The notes under the pieces: model-generated | Seen by the model: only the letters and a program-made list of their open reading frames with translations | Told to the model about the DNA's origin: nothing | Database searches by the model: none | Shown here: positions 11,458 through 23,552 of the stretch, one piece after another | Position numbering within the stretch: the stretch's first letter is position 1 | Layout of the letters: each line of letters opens with the position of its first letter | Translations under genes and position numbers: made by a program | Source of the DNA: Octopus sinensis | Lineage: Eukaryota | Assembly (NCBI RefSeq): GCF_006345805.1 | Contig: NC_043003.1 | Span: 85,622,001 to 85,686,000, forward strand | Reading direction: 5' to 3' | DNA: 64,000 nt

Positions 11458-11464
11458 GGGTGAT

Positions 11465-11798
11465 TATAATCAAAATAAGCAACAAGGATATCCAAGGTAG
11501 AGTAGTACAATTGTTTCATGCTACTTCATTTTATTAAACCCTGTAAGTATTACATCAGTTTTAAAATGTCGAGCAATCTTCAGCCACATGTAGAATTTTT
11601 CAATTAAACGGACAATGCACATTCTTATACTTATTTCAATTTGTCATTGTCCATTTAATTGAAAAAATTCTATATGTGGCTGAAGATTGCTCGACATTTT
11701 AAAACTGATGTAATACTTACAGGGTTTAATAAAATTAAGTAGCATGAAACAATTGTACTACTCTACCTTGGATATCCTATTTGCTTATTTTGATTATA
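11465..11798. mobile_element. Near-perfect hairpin MITE (~150-bp arms, ~30-nt loop), TA-flanked
   Basis: TATAATCAAAATAAGCAA...GGACAATG / CATTGTCC...TTGCTTATTTTGATTATA. Confidence 0.85.
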
Positions 11799-11806
11799 TA
11801 CATATA

Positions 11807-12672
11807 TATAGTCATAAATGACAGAAATATTTAGATGAATCTTTATTGATTAAAAAAACCCCAAATATCCACGACAAATTTGTTTCATAACTCAAAAAAC
11901 ATGTAAACAAATAATTTTGTCATACTGAATAATAAATAAATTACACATCTGAAATAGACTTTATGTTAATTTCTTTTTTTTGACATGAAATATATTTCAC
12001 CTGATAATATAGCTCAAATTCTTCTGCATTATTTTGATAGACGTTTTTACATTTCGTATTAGTGCAGACATGTAAGTAATCTATTTATTATTAAATAAAT
12101 TTATTTATTATTAAATAAATCAAACCAAATCAAAATAGATGAACATCAATGGAATTTGTATCTTTGTGGTACCAGTGCCAGTGGCACACAAGAAAACCAT
12201 CCGAACGTGGCCGTAGCCAGTACCGCATCGACTGGCCTCCGTGCTGTGGGCACGTAACAAACACCATCCGATCGTGGCTGTTCGCCAGCCTCATCTGGCA
12301 CCTGTATCGGTGGCACATAAAAAACACCATCCGAGCGTGGCCGTTCGCCAGCCTCGTCTGGCACCTGTGTCGGTAGCACATAAAATCACCCACTACACTC
12401 TCGGAGTGGTTGGCGTTAGGAAGGGCATCCAGCTGTAGAAACACTGCCAGATCTGACTGGCCTGGTGCAGCCTTCGGGCTCCCCAGACCCCAGTTGAACC
12501 GTCCAACCCATGCTAGCATGGAAAGCGGACGTTAAATGATGATGATGATGATGATGATAATATAAGCTATTTACATGTTTTTTGAGTTATGAAACAAATT
12601 TGTTGTGATATTTAGATTTTTTATTGTTAAATAAAGATTCATCTAAATAGAGCTCTGTCATTTATGACTATA
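11807..12672. mobile_element. MITE with ~100-bp TIRs containing a nested RTE tail (~12120-12558, +)
   Basis: TATAGTCATAAATGACAG...CATGTAAA at left is the reverse complement of TTTACATG...CTGTCATTTATGACTATA at right. Confidence 0.8.
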
Positions 12673-12697
12673 TACACTCCTTACCTTTTCCTCTTGT

Positions 12698-14190
12698 ATC
12701 ATCATCATCATTGTTTTACGTCTGCTTTCCCTGCTGGCATGGGTTGGACAGTTTGACTGAGGACAGGTGAGCCAGAGGCTGCAGCAGGCTCACTCTGATC
12801 TAGCAAAGTTTCTACAGCTGGATGCCCTTCCTAACACAAACCGCTCCGAGAGTGGAGTGGGTGCTTTTACGTGCCACTGGCATGAAGGCCAGTGAGGTGG
12901 TTTTGGCAACGACCACGCTCAAAAGGTGTTTTTACGTGCTACCTGCATGGGAGCCAGTCCAGCGGTACTGGCAATGACCACGCTCGAATGTTGTTTTTCA
13001 CGTGCCCCCAGCACATGTGCTGGTAAAGTGATGCTGGCAATGATCATGCTCGAATGGTGCTTTTCACATGTCACTGGCATGGGAGCTAATCCGTGGCCCA
13101 CCTGCATGGGAGCCAATCTGTGGCCCTGGCAATGATCATGCTCGGATGCACTTTTAACGTTCCACTGGCACGAGTGCCAATCAGGTGGTACTGTCATCGG
13201 CCATGTCAGCGATTTTGATTTGTTTACACTTGCCTTAATAGGTCTTTGCAAGCAAAGTTCATTGTCCAATGAATGAGGGGTACTCATACGTAGGCCGGTT
13301 ACACCCCACGTTTGGATGTGCTTTTAACATTCCACTGTGTATGTACACTGATGTTATACATCTAGTGGAGTATATTCGCTTCATTCCTTGTAAGCTTACG
13401 CATTTCCTCAGCAGTCACAGCCCATGATTCACTGCCATGTAGCATGGCTGTTCACACTTACTCTGAGCGAGAAACCCTTTGTCACCAGCAGAGGTAGGAG
13501 CTCTTTGAACTTTACCCAGGCTATTCTTATTCTAGCAGCTACACTTTCAGAGCATCTTCCTAGTTAGCCTTCCTTTGACATTGCTGCACCTCTTATGTGT
13601 CCATAGCTTACACTGGGTACATCTTATTGAGTTTCTACCTATGCCTTTTCTACAGATCGAGCAGGGCCATATACCTGAAGGGATTTGTAGTTTGTCTGCC
13701 TTCCTACTTATTAAGACTTTGGTTTTAGCTAGGTTGACTCTAAGGCCCTTCGATTCTAATTCTCGCTTCCACACCTGAAACTTTTCCTCTAGTTCTGATA
13801 GTGACTCAGCAATTAGAGCAAGGTCGTCAGCATAGAGGAGCTCCCAGGGGCATCCTGTCTTGAATTCCTGTTATTGCCAGGAGGACTATGATGAATAAGA
13901 GGGGGATGAGGACTAATCCTTGGTGGACCCTTGGCCATACTTGGAATTCTTCACTGTACTCATTGCCAAACCTCACCTTACTGACAGCATCCCTGTACAT
14001 GGCTTGCACAGCTCTCACTAGCCATTCATCTATCCCTAGTTTACTCATTGGCCACCAGATAAGGGATTGGGGGACCCTGTCAGAGGCTTTCTCCATGTCA
14101 ACGAAAGCCAGGTACAGAGGCTAGGTATTTCTCTTGTAGCTGTCTTACCAGAAATATAGCATCAGCAGTGCTTTTCCCTGGCACGAACCA
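12698..14190 (-). mobile_element. Degenerate RTE LINE (RT, PHD-like finger, 3' UTR tail)
   Basis: ORFs 13827-14096 and 13547-13774 are homologous to 168-1205. (CAT)n tail at ~12698. Confidence 0.9.
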
Positions 14191-14252
14191 TAGTTTGTAT
14201 TGTACAGTGGCTCGTTAAATAGCTTTTCTATGAGTATTATCATGTGTGTGTG

Positions 14253-14500
14253 TGAAGGTGCATGGCCTAGTGGTTAGGCAGTTGCACTCACAATCGCTAG
14301 ATTGTGGGTTCGATTCCTAGACTGGGAGGCGCGTTGTGTTCTTGAGCAAAATACTTCACTTCATGTTACTCCAGTCCCCTTTCAATCAAGGGGGATTGTT
14401 GGCCTGCTCGCCTAACCAGCAAGGTGGCATCATTCAATGGCCAAAACGATGTAAGGCACATTGTGACCAGCGATGTGTGACAACATGGTTGGTCACGGGA
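14253..14500 (+). mobile_element. tRNA-derived SINE (family 2-like head)
   Basis: A box TGGCCTAGTGG and B box GGTTCGATTCC, followed by TGTTCTTGAGCAAAATACTT. Similar heads at ~27360, ~29985, ~44620 and ~51480. Confidence 0.7.
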
Positions 14501-14509
14501 CCCTCCACA

Positions 14510-14850
14510 CACAACATGCATTTGTTAGTTCACTTCTTATTATTTATCAATTAGTTGATAATTTAGCTAGTAAATCAATTTACTAATTGATTGTTTTATT
14601 AACCATTTGGTCAATCAATCAGCTAGGTTTGTCAAAGTTCTTAAGTCACCATTCACAACCTCATCAATGACATAGGGCATGTCATTGATGAAATCATGAA
14701 TGGTGAGGAAAAGACTCCTGACAAACCTAGCTGATTGATTGACTGACAAAATGATTAATCAAACAATCGCTTAGTTAAATTTACTAGTTAAATGATTAAT
14801 CAATTGAAAATTGAAAAATAAAGAAGTGAAACTAAAACAGCGCATGTGTT
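14510..14850. repeat. Degenerate palindrome (old MITE)
   Basis: Centre CATCAATGACAT-AGGGC-ATGTCATTGATG, with arms pairing outward (TCAATCAGCTAGGTTTGTCA / TGACAAACCTAGCTGATTGA). Confidence 0.7.
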
Positions 14851-15075
14851 TATTATTGGTATACTAACGCTCCAGAGATACAACAAAATCTGTTTCAACA
14901 TATAAGTTCACATCACGAATCTTGCAAACCATTCACTACAACTCATCTACATACACTTTAGATGAGTTGTAGTGCACCTGAGCACTGTACACAATGTTTT
15001 ATTATTATTATAGGATAAAATGAAATCTACGAGGTGCATTTCAGAAGTTTTGTGATTATTGAAGAAAGGCAGTTA

Positions 15076-15473
15076 ACTCTTTACTCTTTATACTTGTTTC
15101 AGTCATTTGACTGTAGCCATGCTGGAGCACCGCCTACAGTCGAGCAAATCGAGCCCAGGACTTATTCTTTGTAAGCCTAGTACTTATTCTATCGGTCTCT
15201 TTTGCCGAACTGCTAAGTTACGGGGACGTAAACACACCAGCATCGGTTGTCAAGCGATGTTGGGAGGACAAACACAGACGCACACACACACATATATATA
15301 TACATATATACGATGGGCTTCTTTCAGTTTCCATCTACGAAATCTACTCACATGGCTTTGGTCGGCCCAAAGCTATAGTAGAAGACACTTGCTCAAGGTG
15401 TCAGGCAGTGGGACTGAACCCAGAACCATGTGGTTCGTAAGCAAGCTACTTACCACACAGCCACTCCTATGCC
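15076..15473 (-). mobile_element. Full-length tRNA-derived SINE, family 1
   Basis: Head GGAGTGGCTGTGTGGTAAG...GGTTCAGTCCCACTG, internal (TA/TG)n, tail CAGCATGGC..CAGTCAAATGACTGAAACAAGTAAAAGAG. Confidence 0.85.
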
Positions 15474-15956
15474 TAGATTATTGTACGTTTAGTATATCAT
15501 TACCATACAGCTAATAAGTGGCCTGCCAGTGTTTTTATTCCAGATTGAAAGAGATGGCTGTAACAGCATTTTGAACACACCCTATTAAACACTACTTGTT
15601 ACAGCTGCCTAGTTTGCAGAATGATGTTGGAGCGTGAAGACAATTTGCTAGGATGAAGGCATGTTGGCAAAACACTGCTCCTCTAAATCGAAACCTTACC
15701 TGGCACAATCATGTGATAGGTTGTACTGGGTTACATACTATCAGTAGTAATAAGAGTAATCTGATATAATGTAAACTAGCGGGGCCTGCGAGTAAATCAT
15801 GGAATTAAGGGTAAACCTATTGGATTATTTCTGAAAACTTTATCCAAAAGACCCGAAAACGTAGCCTGTGTTGTGTCTGTACAGAAAGATAATTGCTCAT
15901 CTGCTGCTTATTGAAAAGTGAAAGAAATTGGAATATGATGATTGCTTAATGCACAT

Positions 15957-16111
15957 TGTGGCTGTGTGGTAAGTAGCTTGCTAACCAACCACATGGTTCC
16001 GGGTTCAGTCCCACTGCGTGGCATCTTGGGCAAGTGTCTTCTGCTATAGCCCCGGGCCAACCAATGCCTTGTGAGTGGATTTGGTAGACGGAAACTGAAA
16101 GAAGCCTGTCG

Positions 16112-16173
<62 letters not shown>

Positions 16174-16405
16174 TATATATAATATATATATATATATGTA
16201 TATGTGTGTGTGTGTGTTTGTCCCCCTAGCATTGCTTGACAACCGATGCTGGTGTGTTTACGTCCCCGTCACTTAGCGGTTCGGCAAAAGAGACGGATAG
16301 AATAAGCACTGGGCTTACAAAGAATAAGTTCCGAGGTCCATTTGCTCGACTAAAGGCGGTGTTCCAGCATGGCCGCAGTCAAAATGACTGAAACAAGTAA
16401 AAGAG
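15957..16405 (+). mobile_element. tRNA-derived SINE, family 1
   Basis: Same architecture as 15076-15473, opposite orientation. Confidence 0.85.
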
Positions 16406-17239
16406 TATACACTTTACATACTTTATGCACACTTTTATTGACTTAATACACAACATTCATAAAATAAATATTCACTCTTATTTTTCCATTTTCCCCATAA
16501 ATATCCGGTACATATGATACAACCTTTATTTAAATTGCATATATCTGCCAAATAAATAAGTGTGAATATTTCACAGAATTGCACTTATGCACATGCGTTA
16601 AGTGATAGGTGATATAAAAAAAAACTTAGTTCAATTAAAAAAGCACACTTTACACTATCCAATCACCACCACCATCACCTCTCTCTCTGCTTTTCTTTAA
16701 CCTCACCATCAGAACATCACCCCTCTGCTAAAATTATACTTTTAACTCTCCTCTCTATCATCACTACCTTCAACTAACTTTTTTAACCATGTAATAAATA
16801 TTATGTCCTCCTTACCTCATGTCATGGACACTTCTTTCTCCTTTTTCTCTCTCTGTCTTTTTCTTTCTGTTTCACTCTTCACCTTATCCTCTTTTTCTCT
16901 CTCCCTTTCCTTTCTCTTCTCTTTCCCTTCAACTAATCATATGAAAGCGTTACAATTACATTCCCTTTACTCCACGTCATGGATGCTTCTCTCTCCCTCT
17001 TTTTCTCTAATCATGTGAAAGCATTATCGGCGGGCTAAGTAACAGAATGACAAGCAGAATTATTAAAACATATGCATCCATGCATACACACACACACAAA
17101 TTATTTGTACTATTTAACCAAGAACTTACCTACATCATCCAATGAACAATGCACAAAATCATTGCTAGAGAAAATTATAGACCTTACGAAATAGGTATTC
17201 TTCTATGAGTTTCCATGGCAAACTTCAGACTCAGAAGAT

Positions 17240-18700
17240 TTTGACTTAAACTCCTGAAAGCTCCCATCTAAAATAGGACCTGGATTGTTTTGAATTGAAC
17301 TTCCTGGTTCTTATACTAAAACTATGATTCTGTAAGTATTCTAACCATTTCCAGAATAAGTTTAGATCTGACATAAATAGTTTAAAAGATTCAAATAAGA
17401 TTTGCATTTCTCTGACAAGACCAAATATTTATATGAGGTAGATAACTGATTGAACTGTATGAACAGTTTTTATGGACAACATCATTTAGAAATGTGTGCA
17501 GGCTGACTGTCATCATCGTTTAACGTCCATTTTCCGCACTAGCACCAGGTTCCAGTCTGATCTGGCAGTGTTTCTACAGCTGGATGCCCTTCCTAACGCC
17601 AACCACTCTGTGAGTATAGTGGGTGCTTTTTACGTGCCACCGGCACAGGTGCCAGGGGAGTCTGGCAGCGGTCACAATCGGTTGGTGCTTTTAATGTGCA
17701 CTGGCATTGGCCACGTTCGGATGGTGCTTTTTACGTGCCACCAGCACAGAAGCCAGTCAAGTTAAGGCAAATTCAAGCAGTGAAGCCAAAGATTTAGCTT
17801 AAAAGTTAGATATAAATGACAGAACAGAGGCACAAGTTAATTGTAAGGCTTTGAAAGACCAGAAGGATAACTTTGCCTCCAAGCCTACATGTAGGGTGAC
17901 AAACCACACAAAATCAAAGAATGGTATAGTTAGTAAGCATCTACTTTGGAATATCAATAACAGCATTAGGAAAGCTTCTGAACTTGCACAGTGGTGTAGC
18001 ACAAGTGAAGTCATTACACGGGGTTCAACGGCATCAGAAGCAAGATCAAGGGAATATTTACTCAGTTTGACAAAATGGATTTTTATCCATCAATTTTCAA
18101 GGAGATATTAATGCAGACACAAGAGTTTACTAGAAATTTTGCTGGTATAACACACAAAGGTTATGCATATTAGGAAAACATTTCTCTTTGATATGGATTG
18201 AGCTTGGATCAAACAACCCTGCCTAAATGATTCCTTTGATGTGAAAGTGGGTCTGTTTGGCAGCGTTGATATGCATGTCCTTATTAGATGTCCTGGATCA
18301 CAGGGACCTATTTATCTCATTTGGTTTATACAGGGATGACACAAAAGCTATATCTAGAGGTATTAATGGCCATATCCTAGAAATTCTTCTTTAGTTTATC
18401 TAGGGCCTAGATAAACTAAAGATGGACATAAACCAAAACAGTTTGTCGCAAGAATTTTTTATTGCGAACAAAGATGCATTTTTTTTCTAAGGAAAGTTAT
18501 CTCCTGTGCATTTGTGATGGTGAGCATGGAAGAACATCTATACATCCTGGAAACACATTTTGGAAATATATGGGCACTTCTTCATGACATGGAACTAAAC
18601 AGTTTATTCAATGCTATACAAATGTCACTTTCCAGCATTTCCAGTTTTTGTCTTGGAAAACACATATTTCTTGGCAAAGTAAATATTTTCTCTTTATGTT
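17240..18700 (+). mobile_element. Decayed Penelope-like element RT (Naiad-like), interrupted by an RTE tail (~17510-17760)
   Basis: Translated across stops and frameshifts: NHFQNKFRSDINSLK, KDQKDNFASKPTCRVTNHTKS..SK, QWCSTSEVI, FTQFDKMDFYPSI, HIRKTFLF..AWIK, SFDVKVG, GLYRDD. These match PLE RT motifs as I recall them for the Naiad clade. Confidence 0.75.
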
Positions 18701-18749
18701 ACAATGCAGAAGCATGTAAAATCTCTGGTATTCTGTTATTTAACATTAT

Positions 18750-19122
18750 GAGTGGCTGTGTGGTAAGTAGCTTGTTTACCAACCACATGGTTGCGGGTTC
18801 AGTCCCTCTGCGTGGCACCTTGGGCAAGTGTCTTCTACTATAGCCTCGGGCCGACCAAAGCCTTGTGAGTGGATTTGGTAGACGGAAACTGAAAGAAGCC
18901 TGTCCTATATATGTATATATATGCGTGTTTGTGCTTGTCCCCCTAGCATTGCTTGACAACCGATGCTGGTGTGTTTATGTCCCCGTTACTTAGCGGTTCG
19001 GCAAAAGAGACCGATAGAATAAGTACTGGGCTTACAAAAGAATAAGTCCCGGGGTCGAGTTGCTCGATTAAAGGCGGTGCTCCAGCATGGCCGCAGTCAA
19101 ATGACTGAAACAAGTAAAAGAG
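18750..19122 (+). mobile_element. tRNA-derived SINE, family 1
   Basis: Same head, core and tail as other copies. Confidence 0.85.
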
Positions 19123-20914
19123 TATATATATTTATTGAAATGCTCGAAATAGTTGCATGCACAAATAAAAGGGATGGGTTTAAAATATTCGATTGAATAT
19201 ATTTTTGTATATTTAAGAAGTGGTATTTTGGAAAATAGATTTTTCCCAAACATTATTTCCGTATTTGTCAACGAGTAATTAAAAAAAAAACCCAACAAAA
19301 ACTCAGATTTGATTTCTTTTTTCGAAATATTCCGAAAGATTGACCGCCATCTCTTCAAGCATTACCAATCCACCTAAGGATGGGGGTGTCCTTCGTATAA
19401 CAAACACTAAGCAGATGACGTTTACTAGGCCTCAATGTAGTTGCTCGACATGCTAGAAATAATAGCAAAATCACTCTCAAACCATTCACGGGGGCTGAGT
19501 TGCAGTTATAAGTCTTCATAAATCCTTTTTCTCTCTCAGTTATTAAATCATTGAATTTTCATATCGGGATAAAGTGTAGTGGAGGCCGGGGCCAGGGTGC
19601 AGAACAAATTTAATTTCAATCGTGTAAAGTACGTTGACGGGTGGTGGTGACGGGCCGAGTGGGTTTGCGAAATTTTTGTCTCCAAAAATGCGGGTTACAC
19701 ATTTCGCAATGTGGAATACTTATAATATGACGAAAGCAAAAGTTAAGAGAGAAAAAAAAAAAAAAAGAGATCAGACGTTTAGAAAACATGAATTAGAAAG
19801 GTTTCCCCACATTGTTTTGAAATGCAGGAAACCAACAAACTGGGGAGGGAGGAATGGAGAAGGGTATTGAAATTTTGATATGCTATGTTTTTTTATTTGG
19901 CAAAATCGAAACTGTTGTTGTCGAATGCAAAAAAGAAGTAGGGGAAAATGTTCAATAACTCAAAGTTGGCTGTTATTTCTACCACATGTAAGATCATATC
20001 ATGCACTGATTGGAAATCACACCCAGATGCAGAAGTGAGCAAATATTGGTGTGGATGAGCGTGGGGGTAAGGAGACTGAATTGTTAGTACCCACCCTTTT
20101 ATGCTTTTTCTTTCTTTTTTTTTTCTATGGGTTCTTACATTTTCGGCAACGGAGATTCTAATTATGCCAAAATCAGCGTAGAATACTGCATCGGGAAACA
20201 GAAGATGCAATGGTGATCTGTACTGAATGCAGGCACAACTTAAAAGTAAAACAGGTAAACTTGACATAATGTCATATTACATACAGCTGGAATTTACGGA
20301 GGATAAACCTCGGCAATGTGTTTCAGAAAAGTACAAAAATGCGGGAATGCAATTTGCTTAGTGGTTGCAAACCCAGGACGTTCCTAGCGTTTTCATTGCC
20401 AACTAAAATTTTAGGGTGTGCAAGCGCACCACCTGTTCCGGATCCTATGGGAATGTATAGAAATTCTGGAAACGATTCGTAAAATTCCCGGATCTGTTCA
20501 TTGTAAATTGATTCGATCAGAGGACCACCTCATTCCCCCAATCGATCGGCTTATGTATTTTAGGCGTCTTTTGATACAAGATCAATAGGTCTCGATATGG
20601 TTAGTGCATGCCCCGGCGTAGAAATTCACGAAATCATTGGCATGATTCACTGCTCGGTGAATGTACATAAGTTGGTGGAGATTCCGATAACTGGTTCATT
20701 TATCAGTAAAAATTACCGTACCCGGCAAGACATTTTCCTTTTGACAGATTCTAAAGTGACTGTACTCCTGTCAGGTACGTAGTGAAGGGAACCTTTGTTG
20801 GTGGGGGAATCATAACACATATAACCTATATTTTTTTTACACATTCTACCGACATTGTTCTTTTTGTCTGAATAACAAACTTTTAAATCTGTCTCCATTT
20901 CGAAAAGATCCAAA

Positions 20915-21014
20915 AAATGTTTTATTTTGACACATTCTACCAGTATACGAAGTTTAAAAGTGTTTAGTTAACTAGAAATTGTGTTGAAAACTGCCGTCCA
21001 AACCGAAAAGATCC
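20915..21014. mobile_element. Right terminal fragment of GGATC-family MITE just upstream of the kinesin promoter
   Basis: ACACATTCTACCAGTATACGAAGTTTAAAAGTGTTTAGTTAACTAGAAATT...GAAAAGATCC matches 4456-4539. Confidence 0.75.
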
Positions 21015-21149
21015 GAGCTTATTATCCAGCATCTTGGCTGTACACACTTTTCGGCAAACTAATCTGTCGCCCTCAAAACTGCTGGTCCTGTGCCTAAATT
21101 AAAAGTCTATTTACCATGTCACCGAGATATGCAGCCAACGAAACTGAAG

Positions 21150-21320
21150 GATTCAAAATATTTGCACTGCGCATGTCCGCAATTACGATCAACCAATCAG
21201 AAGCCGTATTTCAAATTTGTGGCAAATTTAAATATTTTCTCGCTGATTAATCTGTCAGGATCTTCATTCCATTACAATACGTGTTTTCTTAATTCATTTA
21301 TTTGTGAAATATAAACCGAA
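21150..21320 (+). promoter_or_regulatory. Putative kinesin promoter with cell-cycle-type motifs
   Basis: CCAAT at 21193-21197. CHR-like TTCAAA (= TTTGAA reversed) at 21152-21157 and 21210-21215, TTTAAA at 21227-21232, TGCGCATG at 21168-21175. Locally CpG-rich and upstream of the ATG exon. Confidence 0.5.
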
Positions 21321-21332
21321 ATGAATAGTCAG
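21321..21332 (+). CDS. KIFC1: Kinesin-14 exon 1 (MNSQ)
   Basis: ATG AAT AGT CAG followed by strong donor GTGAGA. Phase 0 fits exon 2. Assigned by position and phase only. Confidence 0.6.
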
Positions 21333-23517
21333 GTGAGAATATTTATATTTTATGTGATTTCAGTTGTTTTAATTATTTCTGTCGAATATTTTCCGTTACA
21401 TTTCTTTCAGTTTAATTATCATTGTGGTTAGTTTACACGTTACTGAACAGCTAATTTGCTCTCTCTTGTGTATAGAATAAAATTTTAAGAAGCACCTATC
21501 ATTATCATTACTTAATTTCTTATAAGATAATTAAGTCATTAATAGTGCCCGTCATTCTCACTTTGATCGATAACGTGCCTATTGCACAATAAACAATTAT
21601 ATTGTTTTTATATTATTGTTTGTTATGTTTATTGTGTACGGAAGATCCTCCTAAATGACTTGTAATATAATTTGGCCGTTAAGGCATCTTTATCGAAGTA
21701 AATGATCTCAATATTAATTGTAAATGAAAATATTTTGTACCGAAAAAACTTGTTGAAAATCTTGATGTAATATTTTAAAGAAGTGAACAAGAAGCTCTTT
21801 TAACATTTAGTTTGTGTATTTTGGTTAGTTAACTGATTATAACTATTTACCAGTTTGAACTCGGTGAATTTCTTTGCGAGATATTCAAGATATTGGAATT
21901 TATTTTGGTAATATTTATCTTTTTATAATTTTAAATTGAATTTCTGTTTAGATCTATCCCGTAGGGATTCACGTTTCATTGGGGGGGGGGGGATATGTGT
22001 GTGTGTGTGTGTGAATATATACTCTTTTACTCTTGTTTAATTCATTTGACTGTGGCCATGCTGGAGCACCGCATTTAGTCGAACAAATCGACCCCAGGAC
22101 TGTAAGCCTAGTACTTATTCTATCGATTTTTTTTGACAACCACTAGGTTACGGGGACGTAAACACACCAGCATCGGTTGTCAAGCGATGTTGGGGGGACA
22201 AACACAGACACGACGAAAAAAAATTAGCAAAAAGTTAACAGTCGGATTTAAATATTATTTACGCCTGCGCTAAATATGACCTATGTGCAAAGGAATGGCA
22301 GAGGTAAAGAATATGCACATCTCCCGTTTTCGGCGTAACAAAAACCCTAACCATCTGGTGTTCGTATTCTTTACCTTCACCAAAGGAATTCCAACACGAC
22401 ATACACAAACCCATATCTCGATTAGTTGTACTCAACACTGTTTAATACAGTTTATAATTAGTTATTGTGAATGTGCAGAAAATGGATCGGACCTTTTCGT
22501 TTTGTAAACATTTCTGGACATCCAGAATTTTCTATTTGTTCACGTAGCAGAATCAGAGTGCTGGTCAAAATGACTGACGGTTATCATTCCTTCAGTTCAA
22601 ATCCTCACAGGGTCGATTTCTCCCGGGGACCATACAATAAGTACCAGCCATATATTGTAGTCGAGTGAACGAACCATATTTTTGACCGCACCCCATATAT
22701 GTGGATTTGCATCATAAATCATTATTGTTGGTAAAATGTTTACTAATCTTAAAATAATCGTTTCCTTCTTACTGTATTTCAAAATTTCTGACAGCTGGGG
22801 GAACTGGCGGTAGATAGGGGGGCGCATGGCTCGCACTAACCATCATACAGGGCAATGCTTTATAAGTCTCCTCTCAACAATGACTTTTAAATACAAACGG
22901 TATCAACGAAACAAAATACTAAAAAATCAAAAAAACACATTTTAGCTTTGGGCGGAATTCTGGTTTTACGCTTTCTATAGTTAAGTAAAGAACGAGCATC
23001 ATGCAATTCTTATCAGCTTATATTTGTGGCAGTGGGATGGTAGATATTGGATTATTTCCTATTTTAGTAACGTGTCTAAATGATTCAGAAGTTGTTTTTT
23101 TTTTTTAAAAAAAAAGATGAAATAGATCAACAAATGAGAAGCTGCTCTCCGAATACGGAATACAACGGCGAATCTTATATTCATGTTCAAATCTTTCCCA
23201 TTGTGTTTGAGAACGAATGGATACATTAAAAAGTACATAATTTTCTGTGTATAAACTCTGTATTTAGTTTATATATACGCCGCGACATGGGACATATTAC
23301 AAAAATATAACTGTTTCAGCATCATCATCGTTTAACGTCCGTTTTCCATGCTAGCATGGGTTGGACAACCTATTATACGAAGTAAAACCAGCATTCCAAC
23401 CGCTCTCATCTAGTCAGATTATTTTGAAAAAAAAATGATATAAAGACTATATTTCTACATTCTATAAATTGTATAAATATTTAACGATTTATTCATTCAC
23501 ACACACACACACACACA

Positions 23518-23552
<35 letters not shown>

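Noticed and set aside
14253-14330. tRNA genes (also heads at ~38330-38398, ~54110-54181 and family-1 SINE heads)
   Set aside because: A/B boxes are present but there is no complete cloverleaf or acceptor stem, and each continues into SINE body sequence.
15700-15880. Possible minus-strand exon ending ATG ATT GTG CCA G|GTAAGG
   Set aside because: Good donor, but stops in all frames upstream and no downstream partner exon found; unsupported without RNA data.
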